From an uncultured Fibrobacterota bacterium (GTDB lineage Bacteria > Fibrobacterota > Chitinivibrionia > Chitinivibrionales > FEN-1185), in NCBI GenBank assembly GCA_963729895.1, contig CAVSQB010000022.1, positions 64,001 to 128,000 on the forward strand: a stretch of DNA of 64,000 nt. Reading direction: 5' to 3'. The position numbers were made by a program, and so were the translations under genes. Below are positions 1 through 10,712 of the stretch, piece after piece (position 1 is the first letter of the stretch; every line of letters starts with the position of its first letter). The notes beneath the pieces were generated by a model that saw nothing but the letters and a program-made list of their open reading frames with translations, made no database searches and had not been told where the DNA came from.

Positions 1-645
1 TCCGCCCCATACCTCGATTGGTTTATTTTGAAGAAGCCGGGTGAACCAGATTCCCAGAAAGGTCTGCCTCGCATCCTTCACACGCATTCGCGGACCATAT
101 GTGTTGGTCAACCTGAGAGCGCATGCTTCAATTCCGTGCACATTATTGTACAGAATATGGTACCATTCTCCGGCCGACTTGTTTATCCCGTTGACATCCA
201 CGGGGCGAACGGGGTGTTTTTCGTCAACGGGCAAGTAATCCGGCTTGCCATATATTTGCCTTGTACTTGCAAATACAATTCTTATCTGCGGATTATAGAG
301 TCGGCATGCTTCTAAAATCGAAAGCTGAGCCGCACAATTTATTTCGAGGTCTGTGGCCGGATTCTGCATAGAATCCATATGGCTGGTCTGACCGGCGAGA
401 TTAAAAAGGTAATCCTGGCCTTTAATAAGAAACTTCATACTGTGAGAATCACGCACATCGGAGAAATTGATCTGCACTTTGTCCTCAATGCCCACGATAT
501 TAAAGAGGTTGCCGCCATATTCCGGTATCATGCTGTCAACGAGAATGACTTTTGAACCAAAACCAACGAGGGTCCGAGCGAGGTTGGATCCGATGAAGCC
601 CATACCGCCGGTGATGAGCACCTTCTTGTTTCGGAATATTTCCAT
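1..645 (-). CDS. NAD-dependent epimerase/dehydratase (extended SDR), runs off window edge
   Basis: Not in ORF track (no stop in window). Manual translation from ATG 645: MEIFRNKKVLITGGMGFIGSNLA (GxxGxxG), later FNLAG, ASTRQIYG, NGINK, LRLTNTYGP. Confidence 0.9.
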   Translation of the reverse strand, partial: MEIFRNKKVLITGGMGFIGSNLARTLVGFGSKVILVDSMIPEYGGNLFNIVGIEDKVQINFSDVRDSHSMKFLIKGQDYLFNLAGQTSHMDSMQNPATDLEINCAAQLSILEACRLYNPQIRIVFASTRQIYGKPDYLPVDEKHPVRPVDVNGINKSAGEWYHILYNNVHGIEACALRLTNTYGPRMRVKDARQTFLGIWFTRLLQNKPIEVWGG

Positions 646-648
646 CGG

Positions 649-1383
649 TCACATCTTTCTAGCACATACTACATTATCAAGATACAAATCCTCATTTCTT
701 GGAAGCAATCGCCAGAGAACTGTTCCAAGAAGATTAATTGGTGACATGAAAAGGAGACTGATAAGAAGATTGGCACGATAGTTTCTTGTCATAAGGACTT
801 TATATAAATAGGCATTTATCAGTTGAAAAAGGACCCTGGTGTCCGCAAGCGTTTTCCTTTTTTCAATGACTCGAAACCCGTTTTTGTTAAGAATGTACTC
901 TATGCCGAATGAGGTATAGCGGGCATAGTCGGACGGCTGCTCATGTTCGTCCCAAACAAAAGGCACCGTTAGAAGCAGGCGTCCTTCATTCCGAAGCACC
1001 CTTCGAAGTTCCTGAAGAACACTATCCGGATTAAATACATGCTCGAGCACTTGGCTCATGATTATGCAATCAAAAGAACCGGCGTCCGCCGGAATCGTTT
1101 TTCCGTCATAATACATATCCGCAAAACCCCTGCGCCTCGTTTCCGGAGTATCAATCTCCAATCCTATGTACTCTTTGCAGGGAAAAATCTTTTTGTATGG
1201 TTTGCTTCCGCAGCCAACGTCGAGGACTTTTCCGTAAATGAGGTGTGAGAAATGCTTGATGTCTGCGAGCAACCCTGTCCTTGCAAAATAGAACGGGTTT
1301 ACTAATATCCCAAAAGGGGGCGTCGGATAAAATTGCTCATTTTGTATCCGACTCTTGATTTTAAGCAATAGTTGGCTGGTCAA
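649..1383 (-). CDS. Class I SAM-dependent methyltransferase
   Basis: VLDVGCG motif I; SFDCIIMSQVLEHV; typical of polysaccharide loci. Confidence 0.85.
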   Translation of the reverse strand: MTSQLLLKIKSRIQNEQFYPTPPFGILVNPFYFARTGLLADIKHFSHLIYGKVLDVGCGSKPYKKIFPCKEYIGLEIDTPETRRRGFADMYYDGKTIPADAGSFDCIIMSQVLEHVFNPDSVLQELRRVLRNEGRLLLTVPFVWDEHEQPSDYARYTSFGIEYILNKNGFRVIEKRKTLADTRVLFQLINAYLYKVLMTRNYRANLLISLLFMSPINLLGTVLWRLLPRNEDLYLDNVVCARKM

Positions 1384-1418
1384 GGGGTTCCTCTGAAAGA
1401 ATTTCTTGGGAAAATTCT

Positions 1419-2942
1419 TTAACCATCCCCGCGCTCTTCTCGAGAGAAGCTTGTTTCTCGCTCTTGATAAAGCTCTTCAAGTAATAGATTGTATTTCATT
1501 GCGGCTGAAATTTGCCTTTCCACATAAGGTGCCTTGTTTTTACAAATATTCTTGAAGAGATCAATCATTCCTGTTTCTGTCTCGACGTGAAGGAAGCCAA
1601 GATCCTCGTAATCCTTCATGAAGGATCTCCTTCCTGTAAAATTTGCAATTATTCCCAGCTTTCCAATTTTATATACATCCAAAAGCACATTAGAGTATTC
1701 AGAAACAAAGATATCCCCCCGAGATAAGTCTTCTAGCAGAGATGATTTTGAGAGATGCAGGTTTGGATTTCCGAATGAATCCACGTAGCTCTGAATTCGA
1801 GAAAGGGAACGCACTCCTTCGTGCGATGGGTGCACAGCTGTTGGGTGTGTTCTAATTATGAACGTCAGCTCAGGAAAATATTGAGACAGGAACGAGAATT
1901 TCTCGATAAGAATGTCCGTATCGGAACGATTGATAAGGGCGGTCCAGTCTCCTCCATGATTTAGAACCAAATAAACCCGCCTTAATTCTTTTGAGCTTTC
2001 GATAGCGGTTCTCAGTTCTTCCTTCTGTGTAAATGAGTATGGCTTCTTAGCTGGTTTGTTAAATCTTGTGAACCATTTTGCATCAAACATGTCTCTTACG
2101 ATAAACGTGCCTGTAAGAAAAGAATCGATATAGCTTCGAGGATAATTACTTGGATGATAGCCATCAATAAAGATTTCTATCGGAAATCGCAACATTTCCA
2201 ACTGGGAACTATATCCGTGGATGGTTGTGGCAATTACAACCCGGCGCTTCCGGTTCTTCGCCTTCCTCAATGCATATTTAAGATGAAAGTTTGGTCCTTT
2301 GAACAAGCGAGCATAAAGTAATCTGTATGGTTGAACAGTGTAGCTGATGATGTCTGCATCAGGTGCAAACTTCAATCGTCCCACGCTGGTTGGAAAACAA
2401 AATAGTGTTTGATTGAATAGAATTTCGGTAATAATCAGCGCGCGGAATCGCTCTTTGATACGTGCTATTTTCGACCTAAGAAACCCCCCGGGTTTATCGG
2501 CTTTGTCTGACAAAAGACTTTTTGCGCCAACCGCATCCCAGAACCTCCCGGATATTCCAAGGCCATTTTGGTAAAAAATTATGTTAACAGAATATTGTTC
2601 ATTTATTTTGGCGAATAGTGCACCATTCTTATTGAATAGGCTTTGCTCTATAAAGGTTGCGTTGTAGTGATGTTTGGCATCTTCATCGTTTAGTGTTGGC
2701 AAGAGCTTCTGAGTAGCTTCATCATCGCATTGCTGCAATTCCTGATCTGATAAAAAATCAGAAAAAGTCTTTGTTGCGGTTCTTATCGGTAGCAGGTTTC
2801 TTAGCTTGCTTCTCTCATTTTTAAATAGATAATGAGTTGTAATGATAAGAACCTCTTGAAACCCGCCGTTTTCACATAACGTCTTTAATGTTGACGGTTG
2901 CGTGTCTTGGTTTATGATGAATACTGCGTCAAGTGTTATCAT
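1419..2942 (-). CDS. Hypothetical protein, possible GT-B (CMP-sugar) transferase
   Basis: 507 aa, coupled to upstream ORF; C-terminal IIRTHP and SEYSNVLLD resemble HP and S/T-S motifs of bacterial CMP-sugar transferases; function is inference. Confidence 0.55.
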   Translation of the reverse strand: MITLDAVFIINQDTQPSTLKTLCENGGFQEVLIITTHYLFKNERSKLRNLLPIRTATKTFSDFLSDQELQQCDDEATQKLLPTLNDEDAKHHYNATFIEQSLFNKNGALFAKINEQYSVNIIFYQNGLGISGRFWDAVGAKSLLSDKADKPGGFLRSKIARIKERFRALIITEILFNQTLFCFPTSVGRLKFAPDADIISYTVQPYRLLYARLFKGPNFHLKYALRKAKNRKRRVVIATTIHGYSSQLEMLRFPIEIFIDGYHPSNYPRSYIDSFLTGTFIVRDMFDAKWFTRFNKPAKKPYSFTQKEELRTAIESSKELRRVYLVLNHGGDWTALINRSDTDILIEKFSFLSQYFPELTFIIRTHPTAVHPSHEGVRSLSRIQSYVDSFGNPNLHLSKSSLLEDLSRGDIFVSEYSNVLLDVYKIGKLGIIANFTGRRSFMKDYEDLGFLHVETETGMIDLFKNICKNKAPYVERQISAAMKYNLLLEELYQERETSFSREERGDG

Positions 2943-4030
2943 TGGTTAATCTTAAATGGAACGTTATATCGTTTTGACAAGCTTAGAAATTCTTCCATGA
3001 GAAATGGCTCTACAGGAATACCTTCCGCACTTCTAATTTGTGCAAATTCCTTTTCCGGATCTCCCGGGAACATTACCTTTTGAGTGGGATTTTTGGGTAA
3101 TTCCTTTCGAACATTGGTTGCAAGGTTTTTCATCCGCCTCTTGAACTCGCCTGGGTCCTGAAACGCGTCAATTCTCATGGCGATGAAGAACTGGCCCAAA
3201 AAGCGTTTTTCTGAGATTGGATTGCCATACATATTTGAGACATCGATTCCAACAGGCATTCCGGACAACATGCCACACAGAATGTCTACCATGATGCTTA
3301 ATCCAAATCCCTTGTAGTCACCGATTGGGGCTAAATATTTTGCGAGCTGCGGGTCGTCGGTTGGATTTGCTTGGTCGTCATACGCATAGCTTGCTGTCTC
3401 AAGGCGATGATTACGTTCGCGATGGAGTTTTACGTTGTTCCACGTTATTTGTGTTGTTGACATATCAAGGCAGAAAGGATCTTCACCTTCCATGGGGGCA
3501 GTAAAGCAAATTGGGTTTGCCCCAAAAAATGCACGTTTTCCCCCAGGAGACAGCATAAGAGGAGATGCGTTAGTGAAACTTAGGCCGATCATGTTGTGAT
3601 ATGCGGGCAATAGTCCATAGCAGGCTGCTGCTCCAAAATGGGTTGAGTTCTTTACGGCTACTGCCCCGAATCCGAGTTCGGTGGCGATTGCTATTGCTTG
3701 GTTCATTGCAACGGTTCCACAGGCGTGTCCAAAGGTATGATCCGCGTCCAATACCGTGCACGTTGGGAAGGTTTTGGCCCACTTATATTTTGGAAACCCG
3801 TTTATTCGCCCGGCTTCCAACGCCCTCGTATAGTGCGGAAACAGCCTTATTCCATGCGAGTCAACCCCTCTGACAGAGGTACGTACCAAGCCGGAGGCGG
3901 TCGTGAGAGCTACATCATCAGCGCATTTTATGGCCTTGAGAACCTTAAAGAAAAATATTTCCAGTGTCTCTCCTTGGATTCTTGCGTCTTTCACATTGTC
4001 TCCTTGCAATGTATAACTAATCGTGTGCAT
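2939..4030 (-). CDS. Ldh_2 family (malate/L-lactate/ureidoglycolate) dehydrogenase
   Basis: RGVDSHG, STHFGA, NPI, LDMST, YKGFGL, PG motifs of Ldh_2/AllD family. Confidence 0.9.
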   Translation of the reverse strand: MHTISYTLQGDNVKDARIQGETLEIFFFKVLKAIKCADDVALTTASGLVRTSVRGVDSHGIRLFPHYTRALEAGRINGFPKYKWAKTFPTCTVLDADHTFGHACGTVAMNQAIAIATELGFGAVAVKNSTHFGAAACYGLLPAYHNMIGLSFTNASPLMLSPGGKRAFFGANPICFTAPMEGEDPFCLDMSTTQITWNNVKLHRERNHRLETASYAYDDQANPTDDPQLAKYLAPIGDYKGFGLSIMVDILCGMLSGMPVGIDVSNMYGNPISEKRFLGQFFIAMRIDAFQDPGEFKRRMKNLATNVRKELPKNPTQKVMFPGDPEKEFAQIRSAEGIPVEPFLMEEFLSLSKRYNVPFKINQ

Positions 4031-5195
4031 TTACATTTATATTTTGCCAAATGAATGGGTGTTTCAGGCACGTATTTACCGCTTCTGTCACCGCCACAGA
4101 GACCAATGAACTTTTGAATCCTGGGCGGTTTTTTGAAAGATGTTCGAGGGAAACGGCTCCTTTTTGCAATGAAAAGATGTCCGAAATAAACTGAAATATG
4201 CTCCTGTGACCGTACCCTGAAAAATACGATGAGCCGTCCGGTCCGATTTCAAATTCAGAAAAATAGGGATTGACCTGCTGTGTTCCGTTTTGGTTGACAA
4301 GCTCAATCCCTCTATTCTTTTGGTCAAGTTCGATACGGCCGTTGGTTCCGATTATCTTGTATTTCTGATCAGACATAGCGCTTGTAGTGACCGGGTCTAT
4401 CCAATTTGTGTTGAATATGGACAGAAACTGATCGTCTTTGTCCTCTCTGTTTTGCCACACAATAATGGCATGCACAGAGTCGAATGCATTTATTCCGTTG
4501 GCAAGTAGGGTGCCCGTTGTGCCGGTCGCTGTCACCTTAGTCGGGAGAAAACCCGTTAAGAAGAAGATTAAATCGACATAGTGAACCCCAAGGTATTGAA
4601 AAATGTTGGTCGCCCCGCTCCACGACCTGAATAACTCCGTTGGAATAACAATCCTCTGAGAGTAATCAACGTCAAAATACAGTAACTTCCCCAGTTTCTT
4701 TTCCTTAATCGCCTTTCGGGCAAACAGATTTGTTTCGTCGAAGCGTTTGTGGAACTCGACGGCGGCCCAGACGCCGCTGTTCTCTTGAATCTCAATCAAA
4801 TCGAGCGCTTCGGATAGCGTGGGCACCAGCGGTTTTACAACTAGAGTATGCAGCTTGTTTTGCAAGAGAGCTTTTGCGTATTCGTAATGAAACTGATCAG
4901 GAACGCAGAGTATTGCGCAGTCGACCCCTCGTTCCCGGCGTAGCATCCGAGCCGTGTTCTGCACATCTTCTGATATTACATCGTACGTCACATTCATCCT
5001 GGTTCCCAGTCTTGTATTTATCGAAGAGGCTGTCATGGTCACGTTATTCTTGTTTTCGGGATGTTTTGCAAGGACAATCACCTCCTCGATCGGCAGTGTT
5101 CTCGAGGTTTCCGCCAGAGAGGACAATATTGTTCCGTTTCCGTACCCCCCTCTACCGGTGACGTACATGCCAGCGCCGAACACTGCAATTTTCAT
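4017..5195 (-). CDS. Gfo/Idh/MocA family oxidoreductase
   Basis: N-terminal GAG Rossmann motif, PDQFH, VKPL (EKP equivalent), HKRFD, GVHYVD. Confidence 0.85.
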   Translation of the reverse strand: MKIAVFGAGMYVTGRGGYGNGTILSSLAETSRTLPIEEVIVLAKHPENKNNVTMTASSINTRLGTRMNVTYDVISEDVQNTARMLRRERGVDCAILCVPDQFHYEYAKALLQNKLHTLVVKPLVPTLSEALDLIEIQENSGVWAAVEFHKRFDETNLFARKAIKEKKLGKLLYFDVDYSQRIVIPTELFRSWSGATNIFQYLGVHYVDLIFFLTGFLPTKVTATGTTGTLLANGINAFDSVHAIIVWQNREDKDDQFLSIFNTNWIDPVTTSAMSDQKYKIIGTNGRIELDQKNRGIELVNQNGTQQVNPYFSEFEIGPDGSSYFSGYGHRSIFQFISDIFSLQKGAVSLEHLSKNRPGFKSSLVSVAVTEAVNTCLKHPFIWQNINVNAHD

Positions 5196-5902
5196 TTCAT
5201 TCCTTTCATAAAATACCGAGTTATCTCCAAATCCTTCTTGGAATCAATATCAAAAACCTCGTCTGGATTCATCACGTATGGAAGGATTTTTCCTCCGGTC
5301 ATTGACTTCAGACCAAGGATCGTTCTTGGTTTTGTTACGTCAATTACACAATTATAGTAGAATATTTTCGGCAAATCCTGCCTTCTAAGGAGATATGGTT
5401 CCGGATGTTCGTGTTTCATCAGGGGATCCAAGTAACCATTTGTACCAATTCTAAACATTCTGTACGGATGCCTATCAGGCTCGGATACTGAGCGAACGGA
5501 ATCCGCTTCTGGATGATTTTCAAGTAGCTTGATCGCTTCCTCTAACCATTCACTCTTCCTGTACGGGGCGGTGGGCCTCAAGTGAACAATAAAATCAGGT
5601 CGATAATGTTCAACTTGGTCAAGGTACGATAGCGCATGTTCAAAAACCGGTAAATCCAACACATGGTCTTCCGCCAACTCTTTTGGTCGCAGAAATGGTA
5701 CTTCCGCTCCAAATTTCAAAGACACAATTCTAATTTCCTCGTCGTCAGTTGAAACAATCACTCTCGCAATGTTGTTTGTGGAGAGCGCACTCCTAATTGA
5801 ATAACCCACTAACGGAATGCCGTCAATTTCAACCAGGTTCTTTTTCTTTATGCCCTTTGAACCACCCCGGGCAGGAATTATGGCTACGACATTCTCATTC
5901 AT
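5192..5902 (-). CDS. Acylneuraminate cytidylyltransferase (CMP-NeuAc synthetase family)
   Basis: IIPARGGSKGIKKKN, VSTDD, RPKELA, LRPTAP, DIDS motifs. Confidence 0.92.
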   Translation of the reverse strand: MNENVVAIIPARGGSKGIKKKNLVEIDGIPLVGYSIRSALSTNNIARVIVSTDDEEIRIVSLKFGAEVPFLRPKELAEDHVLDLPVFEHALSYLDQVEHYRPDFIVHLRPTAPYRKSEWLEEAIKLLENHPEADSVRSVSEPDRHPYRMFRIGTNGYLDPLMKHEHPEPYLLRRQDLPKIFYYNCVIDVTKPRTILGLKSMTGGKILPYVMNPDEVFDIDSKKDLEITRYFMKGMK

Positions 5903-5948
5903 ATGTGTACAGCCTCATCAGTATTTGGTTGCAAAACGACAGTCCCAA

Positions 5949-6776
5949 TCACTTTCGGGTTACCAAGAGACGCCCCCACATGCCATTCGAACTTCTTCTT
6001 TCATACTGATTCCAAAAGGTATCATTGATGAAAACCCTTAGAACCCTCTTTATATTTCTTCTTACAAAATCATTAGCCCACCAGAAATCGATATTCGGAC
6101 CACATATTGAATAATTAATTATGTCCAATTTGCAGATCTTAATGAATTCAATAATGCTCTGGGAGGTGAAAAAGCTAAGGTGTCCTTCCTGATCAATGAA
6201 CTGCTCGCGGAGGGCATTCCGGTAGAGAGGTATTTCGATAAAGATGAATCTCGCTTTTCCAGACACCTTTTCCAATGCTTCGGCCGGGTTGATTAGGTGC
6301 TCTAGTACATGGCTCAGGATAGCGAGATCACAATATGGAATATTCAGCAATTCTCCTTCATCGGTTATTCTTGCAATGTTTAGCCCTTGATTTTTGCAGT
6401 ATTCATATGCTTCAGGATCCATTTCATATCCTGTTGTATAAATTCCGTAGGATCTGTTCAAGCATGATAGAAGGCGACCATATCCACAACCAATATCCAC
6501 GGCTTCTCTTATTTTGTCTAACGAAATTACTTCCTCTATGAAACGGGTTTGGGCTTTCGCTCTTTTTTCCATTACCCTAAAATAATCATTGTTAAGTTGT
6601 TGCTTTCGTTTCATTCCATATTGGTCATTGTAATATTGTGCAATGCGTTCCGCTGTTGGGTGCTCAGCCAATTGAATGTGGCCGCATTTACAGCAATTTT
6701 TCAAATACCTGCCGACGAATTGGTCTTTGTATTTCAAGTCTGTTAACGAGGCGTTACCGCAACAAATGCAATTCAT
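5949..6776 (-). CDS. Class I SAM methyltransferase with N-terminal Zn ribbon
   Basis: CxxC...CxxC N-terminus, DIGCGYG, SHVLEHL; start placed at MNCICCG. Confidence 0.8.
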   Translation of the reverse strand: MNCICCGNASLTDLKYKDQFVGRYLKNCCKCGHIQLAEHPTAERIAQYYNDQYGMKRKQQLNNDYFRVMEKRAKAQTRFIEEVISLDKIREAVDIGCGYGRLLSCLNRSYGIYTTGYEMDPEAYEYCKNQGLNIARITDEGELLNIPYCDLAILSHVLEHLINPAEALEKVSGKARFIFIEIPLYRNALREQFIDQEGHLSFFTSQSIIEFIKICKLDIINYSICGPNIDFWWANDFVRRNIKRVLRVFINDTFWNQYERRSSNGMWGRLLVTRK

Positions 6777-6804
6777 GGGGCTCTCGAATCTTGCGATATT
6801 ATTG

Positions 6805-8277
6805 TCACGTTGTCGCGATTGCGGTTGGGCTGTCCTCATGGGAATTCTTCATTTCGCTGATGAAGAAACCTATCTCTTTCCAGGATGCGGTAGCAACGCA
6901 TGATGCTATAAGAAAGAAAATACCTGTTTTCACAAGAAATTGTCGTGGCCCCAATGTGTTTGGGGCGATGTATGCAACAAGTGGGACAAAGCAGAATAGT
7001 ATTGCTCTTACAATCGGCCAGCTAAGCTTTCTTTTTCGTTGGCAAAACATATACACAATGGAGGACATTATAAGATTGGAAAACATCATCGATAGTCCGG
7101 CTCCATAAATGTGCCATTTGTTTATGAAGAGATATCCGAGAATGGAGGAAAAGATGCTTGACGATAGCGTTATTCCAGCAATGATTGTTGTCGATGAGTA
7201 TCTGAAAAGAACATTAACGATATTCATGTAGATGAGCAAGAACAGGAGTGCCGAGCAAATCATTGGTACGTATTGAGAGGCCGTGTGGAAATCTTTTGTA
7301 GTTAATAAATGGATTATTTCCAGTGAAAAGAGGGACATTAGCAGAGCTATAAGAGAAAACGCACCAACTGAAAGTACAAGGACACCGACAATTGCGGATT
7401 GTCTTTTGTTATTGTCGATAAGTGAAAAGAAGCGCGGATTGTTTGCGTCCCTAAAAGACCCAATGAATAGCTGGAGTAGGCTTCCATATGAAAAGGCTAT
7501 CTGATAAATGCCTGCATTTGAGGTTGTTGAAAGGGTTGAGAGAAATATCTTGTCCATAGAACCCTTTATCCAGTGGGCCAGATTGTGAGGAATAAGGGGC
7601 ACCGAAAAAGCAATCATTTTTACTAATTGTTTTGCGCTGAAATCACGTCCGTGCGTTCTTAGTAGGAGGCCGCCAAAGAAAATCGAAAAGAGACCGTTAC
7701 TTATTAGTGACGAGTAGATGAAACTCATTGCGCCGAGTCTGTTTCGGATGAGTAGTACGAGCGTCAGCCCGACAGAGACGGCAAAAAAAAGTAGATTCAT
7801 GAGCGAATAGTGTTTTCCTTTTTCTTCTGCTTGCAAAACTTGGTAATAGGTGACCGGCAGTATGCTGAAGAAGGAGGCCACGAAGCTGAAGAATACATAT
7901 GGGTAGTATGGAATTTTGAAAAGCTGCAAATTTTTCGTTACTGGAATAAGCGTGGTAAGAATTGCGGTTAATACCACCCCAAAAACTAATTCGAAATATA
8001 TAGCTGTGGAGATGACGGTTGCTTTGTTTTCTTCCTTTCTGATCACATTAAAATAGACACTGTCGTTTATGCACAAAAAGACGAGGAGGGGAGCAATGGA
8101 TGTTATCGATAAACTCACGGCGAGAAGCCCATATTGGTAGGGGCTCATATAAAATGTGTAAATAGGAATCAAAACAATGCTTGAACTCTTTTGAAGCAGT
8201 TGAAATATGAAGTAGATGTTAAGATTCCGAAACCGTCTGTTTCGCAGGAAATGTTTAGCTATCTCTCTTTTTGTCAT
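6805..8277 (-). CDS. wzx: Polysaccharide flippase (Wzx/MOP family)
   Basis: 490 aa polytopic membrane protein; PIYT..MSPYQYG, DKIFL...AGIY motifs. Confidence 0.85.
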   Translation of the reverse strand: MTKREIAKHFLRNRRFRNLNIYFIFQLLQKSSSIVLIPIYTFYMSPYQYGLLAVSLSITSIAPLLVFLCINDSVYFNVIRKEENKATVISTAIYFELVFGVVLTAILTTLIPVTKNLQLFKIPYYPYVFFSFVASFFSILPVTYYQVLQAEEKGKHYSLMNLLFFAVSVGLTLVLLIRNRLGAMSFIYSSLISNGLFSIFFGGLLLRTHGRDFSAKQLVKMIAFSVPLIPHNLAHWIKGSMDKIFLSTLSTTSNAGIYQIAFSYGSLLQLFIGSFRDANNPRFFSLIDNNKRQSAIVGVLVLSVGAFSLIALLMSLFSLEIIHLLTTKDFHTASQYVPMICSALLFLLIYMNIVNVLFRYSSTTIIAGITLSSSIFSSILGYLFINKWHIYGAGLSMMFSNLIMSSIVYMFCQRKRKLSWPIVRAILFCFVPLVAYIAPNTLGPRQFLVKTGIFFLIASCVATASWKEIGFFISEMKNSHEDSPTAIATT

Positions 8278-8284
8278 TGTTTCG

Positions 8285-9463
8285 TCATTTCGCGTCTTCG
8301 ATTTTCGGTAGATAATCCAATCGGTTGCGCAGTTTGATTTGGTGTGGTTGATGGCAAAGCCGGCTTCTCACATCATAGGTGACTTTCATTGACTCCTCGA
8401 GCATATTCAAATATTCTTCGCCTTCAAATGCTCTTTCACTTCTGTAGATTATATGTTCTGTGGTGGTGTCTTGATACGACTGCTTTTTCAATTTAATTTT
8501 CGGCGAGGTCTTTTCAATTGACGAAAGAATGTCAGAGCAGATAGTTTGTAACCATAGCATCTTTTGCTGGTAATTCAATTGCCCAAGGCGGTTTTCGATG
8601 TTCTCAACTCTCTTAAGAAACCCCAGCATTCTGAACTCTTTCATCCACGCGTGAAAAGAATGCATTGGATAGGAGTGGAAGTTTTGTTCCGGCAGCTCAC
8701 TGTTTTCAATAAAAGTATTTTGAATTTCCTTAAGGTGGACTCTCTCTATTTTATCTTCTTCTTCTTCAAGCCAGAATTTTTCTCTTTGTAAGCCATCGGG
8801 GAGCAGGAACGAACTCTCCGCGTCTCTCCATGAATATATAACTCCACACTGATCAAGAATGGCCTTGTTCCACATCTGTGAATCAAAGTTGTGAATTGAG
8901 TGCAGGTAGAGGTTTGTAAGCATGCCACTCACAGGAATGCAGTTTACCAGCGAATTATGGATACCTTTTACCCTGTATGGGGTTCGGGGGATTCGTTTTC
9001 GGGTTTCGATATCGAATCGTTCGGGGTTGAGAAACAGCCCATCGATCTTTTCCTGTGAGAGTAAGAATACCTGTTCATTTGTTAGCATAAATTCGGGGGG
9101 CAGGTAAAATTCCGCGACGTTTCTGAATTCGTTCTGAATTATCGTCTTTCCCCAAGAAAAATTTAGCAGAAACGCTTCAGGTGTTCTGAGTATCGAAATG
9201 TCATGCGCGAAGGGTCTAAGGAGGATTTCAAAGGTCTTGGGGTTTTCATTGATAAGATCGAGCGAGCATGGATTTAGCGCAAGGATGTCAGCAATCGTTC
9301 CCCCAGTGAAGCCAATCGTGATCTTCTTTTTCAGTGCAACATAAAACTCCAGCCACTTATGTAACTGTGAGTTTTTGCCGCCATCAAGACTCGCTATCCA
9401 AGACTTTGAGGAAAGACATGAAGCATCTGCGTTAAAATTCGCAACGTCTACAAGACTGGACAT
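8285..9463 (-). CDS. Hypothetical protein, GH57-like
   Basis: FEILLRPFAH, FYLPPEF, WRDAE, ICSDI resemble GH57 conserved regions in order. Confidence 0.5.
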   Translation of the reverse strand: MSSLVDVANFNADASCLSSKSWIASLDGGKNSQLHKWLEFYVALKKKITIGFTGGTIADILALNPCSLDLINENPKTFEILLRPFAHDISILRTPEAFLLNFSWGKTIIQNEFRNVAEFYLPPEFMLTNEQVFLLSQEKIDGLFLNPERFDIETRKRIPRTPYRVKGIHNSLVNCIPVSGMLTNLYLHSIHNFDSQMWNKAILDQCGVIYSWRDAESSFLLPDGLQREKFWLEEEEDKIERVHLKEIQNTFIENSELPEQNFHSYPMHSFHAWMKEFRMLGFLKRVENIENRLGQLNYQQKMLWLQTICSDILSSIEKTSPKIKLKKQSYQDTTTEHIIYRSERAFEGEEYLNMLEESMKVTYDVRSRLCHQPHQIKLRNRLDYLPKIEDAK

Positions 9464-10712
9464 CGTGTTTATCTTCTCCTAAACAGGTTGGGCCGTCGAT
9501 TCCGAATCAGTTACTTGCTGATAGGGAGCACTCTCCAGAAGCGGGCCCAAATCGCACTTCTTCAATTGAGCATTGGTTCAACTATCTCGGAAATTAATTT
9601 GGCGATAGCTGGCGAGGCAGTCAATCCTGGCGATTCAATTCCTACGAGGTTTATTAATCCTGGGTGTCCGTTTTGCGTTTCGTCCGCAATGACAAAGTCC
9701 TGAACTGCTTCGGTTGGGCCCGATAATTTTGGGCGCACTCCCGACAAGTCCGGAATAAATGCCTCTCTTTCGAGTCCGATTAGAAATTGGGATGCTGACT
9801 CATAAAAGAAGTCTCGCTTATTCACATCAACAGTGTAATCAATATTATCAATGTATTCCACGTCGGGGCCAAACCTAAGCCTTCCACCAAGGTCGACTGT
9901 TGCATGAACACCTAAGCCCGTTAGCCCCTGGTGAGGGGTAGGATATATCAACATTGGTAATGTGTACCGCTGTGCGTAGTGGAAATATGAGCCTTTGCAG
10001 AATTGGAGCTTGTAGCCCTGAGAATGAATATCTATTCCAGCCAAGGCGGCGACCAAATCCGAGGAAAGTCCTGCGCAATTGATTACAAATCGTGACTCAA
10101 AGGAGAAGTCGTCCTGTTCCAGCGATAGGAGGTAACCACCGTTTCGCTTCTTTATCTGCATCATTCTTGAATTGTAGGCAACAGTTACTCCGCGATCAAG
10201 GGCCGTTTTGACGAAGTACTTCATAAGGCCATGAGAATCAATGATACCCGTATTGGGCAGGTATATTGCTGAATCTGCTTTAACAATAGAGGCAATTTTT
10301 GAGATTTCCTTCTTTTCGAGAAATCGGATTTCTTCAACATTGTTTTGTACACCATGTTCATAAAGCTCTTGTATTGCTTTAATGTCCCCGGCTCCATTTG
10401 CCACAATGAGCTTTCCAAGCCTTTTGTAGGGGATAGAGTTTTTTTCACATATTTCATACAACAATCGTGCACCTTCAATGCAAAGCTTCATCTTAAGTGA
10501 ATCTTTGGGATAATAGATTCCTGAATGGATTACCTCACTATTTCTGCTGCTCGTCTCTTTGCCAAAGGATTCGTGCTGTTCAACCACAACGATGTCTTTC
10601 ACCTTCTGTGACAGTTCTGCAGCAATAGCAAGCCCCAATGGCTATACCCCCGAAAACTTGCTCATTTGAGAAGGGAGTTTTCCGAGTTATTTTAAACTAA
10701 CTAGGAGGACTC

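Noticed and set aside
9562..10638. Intact 358-aa oxidoreductase
   Set aside because: The TTG start is the IS junction; the real N-terminus is at 11837-11879
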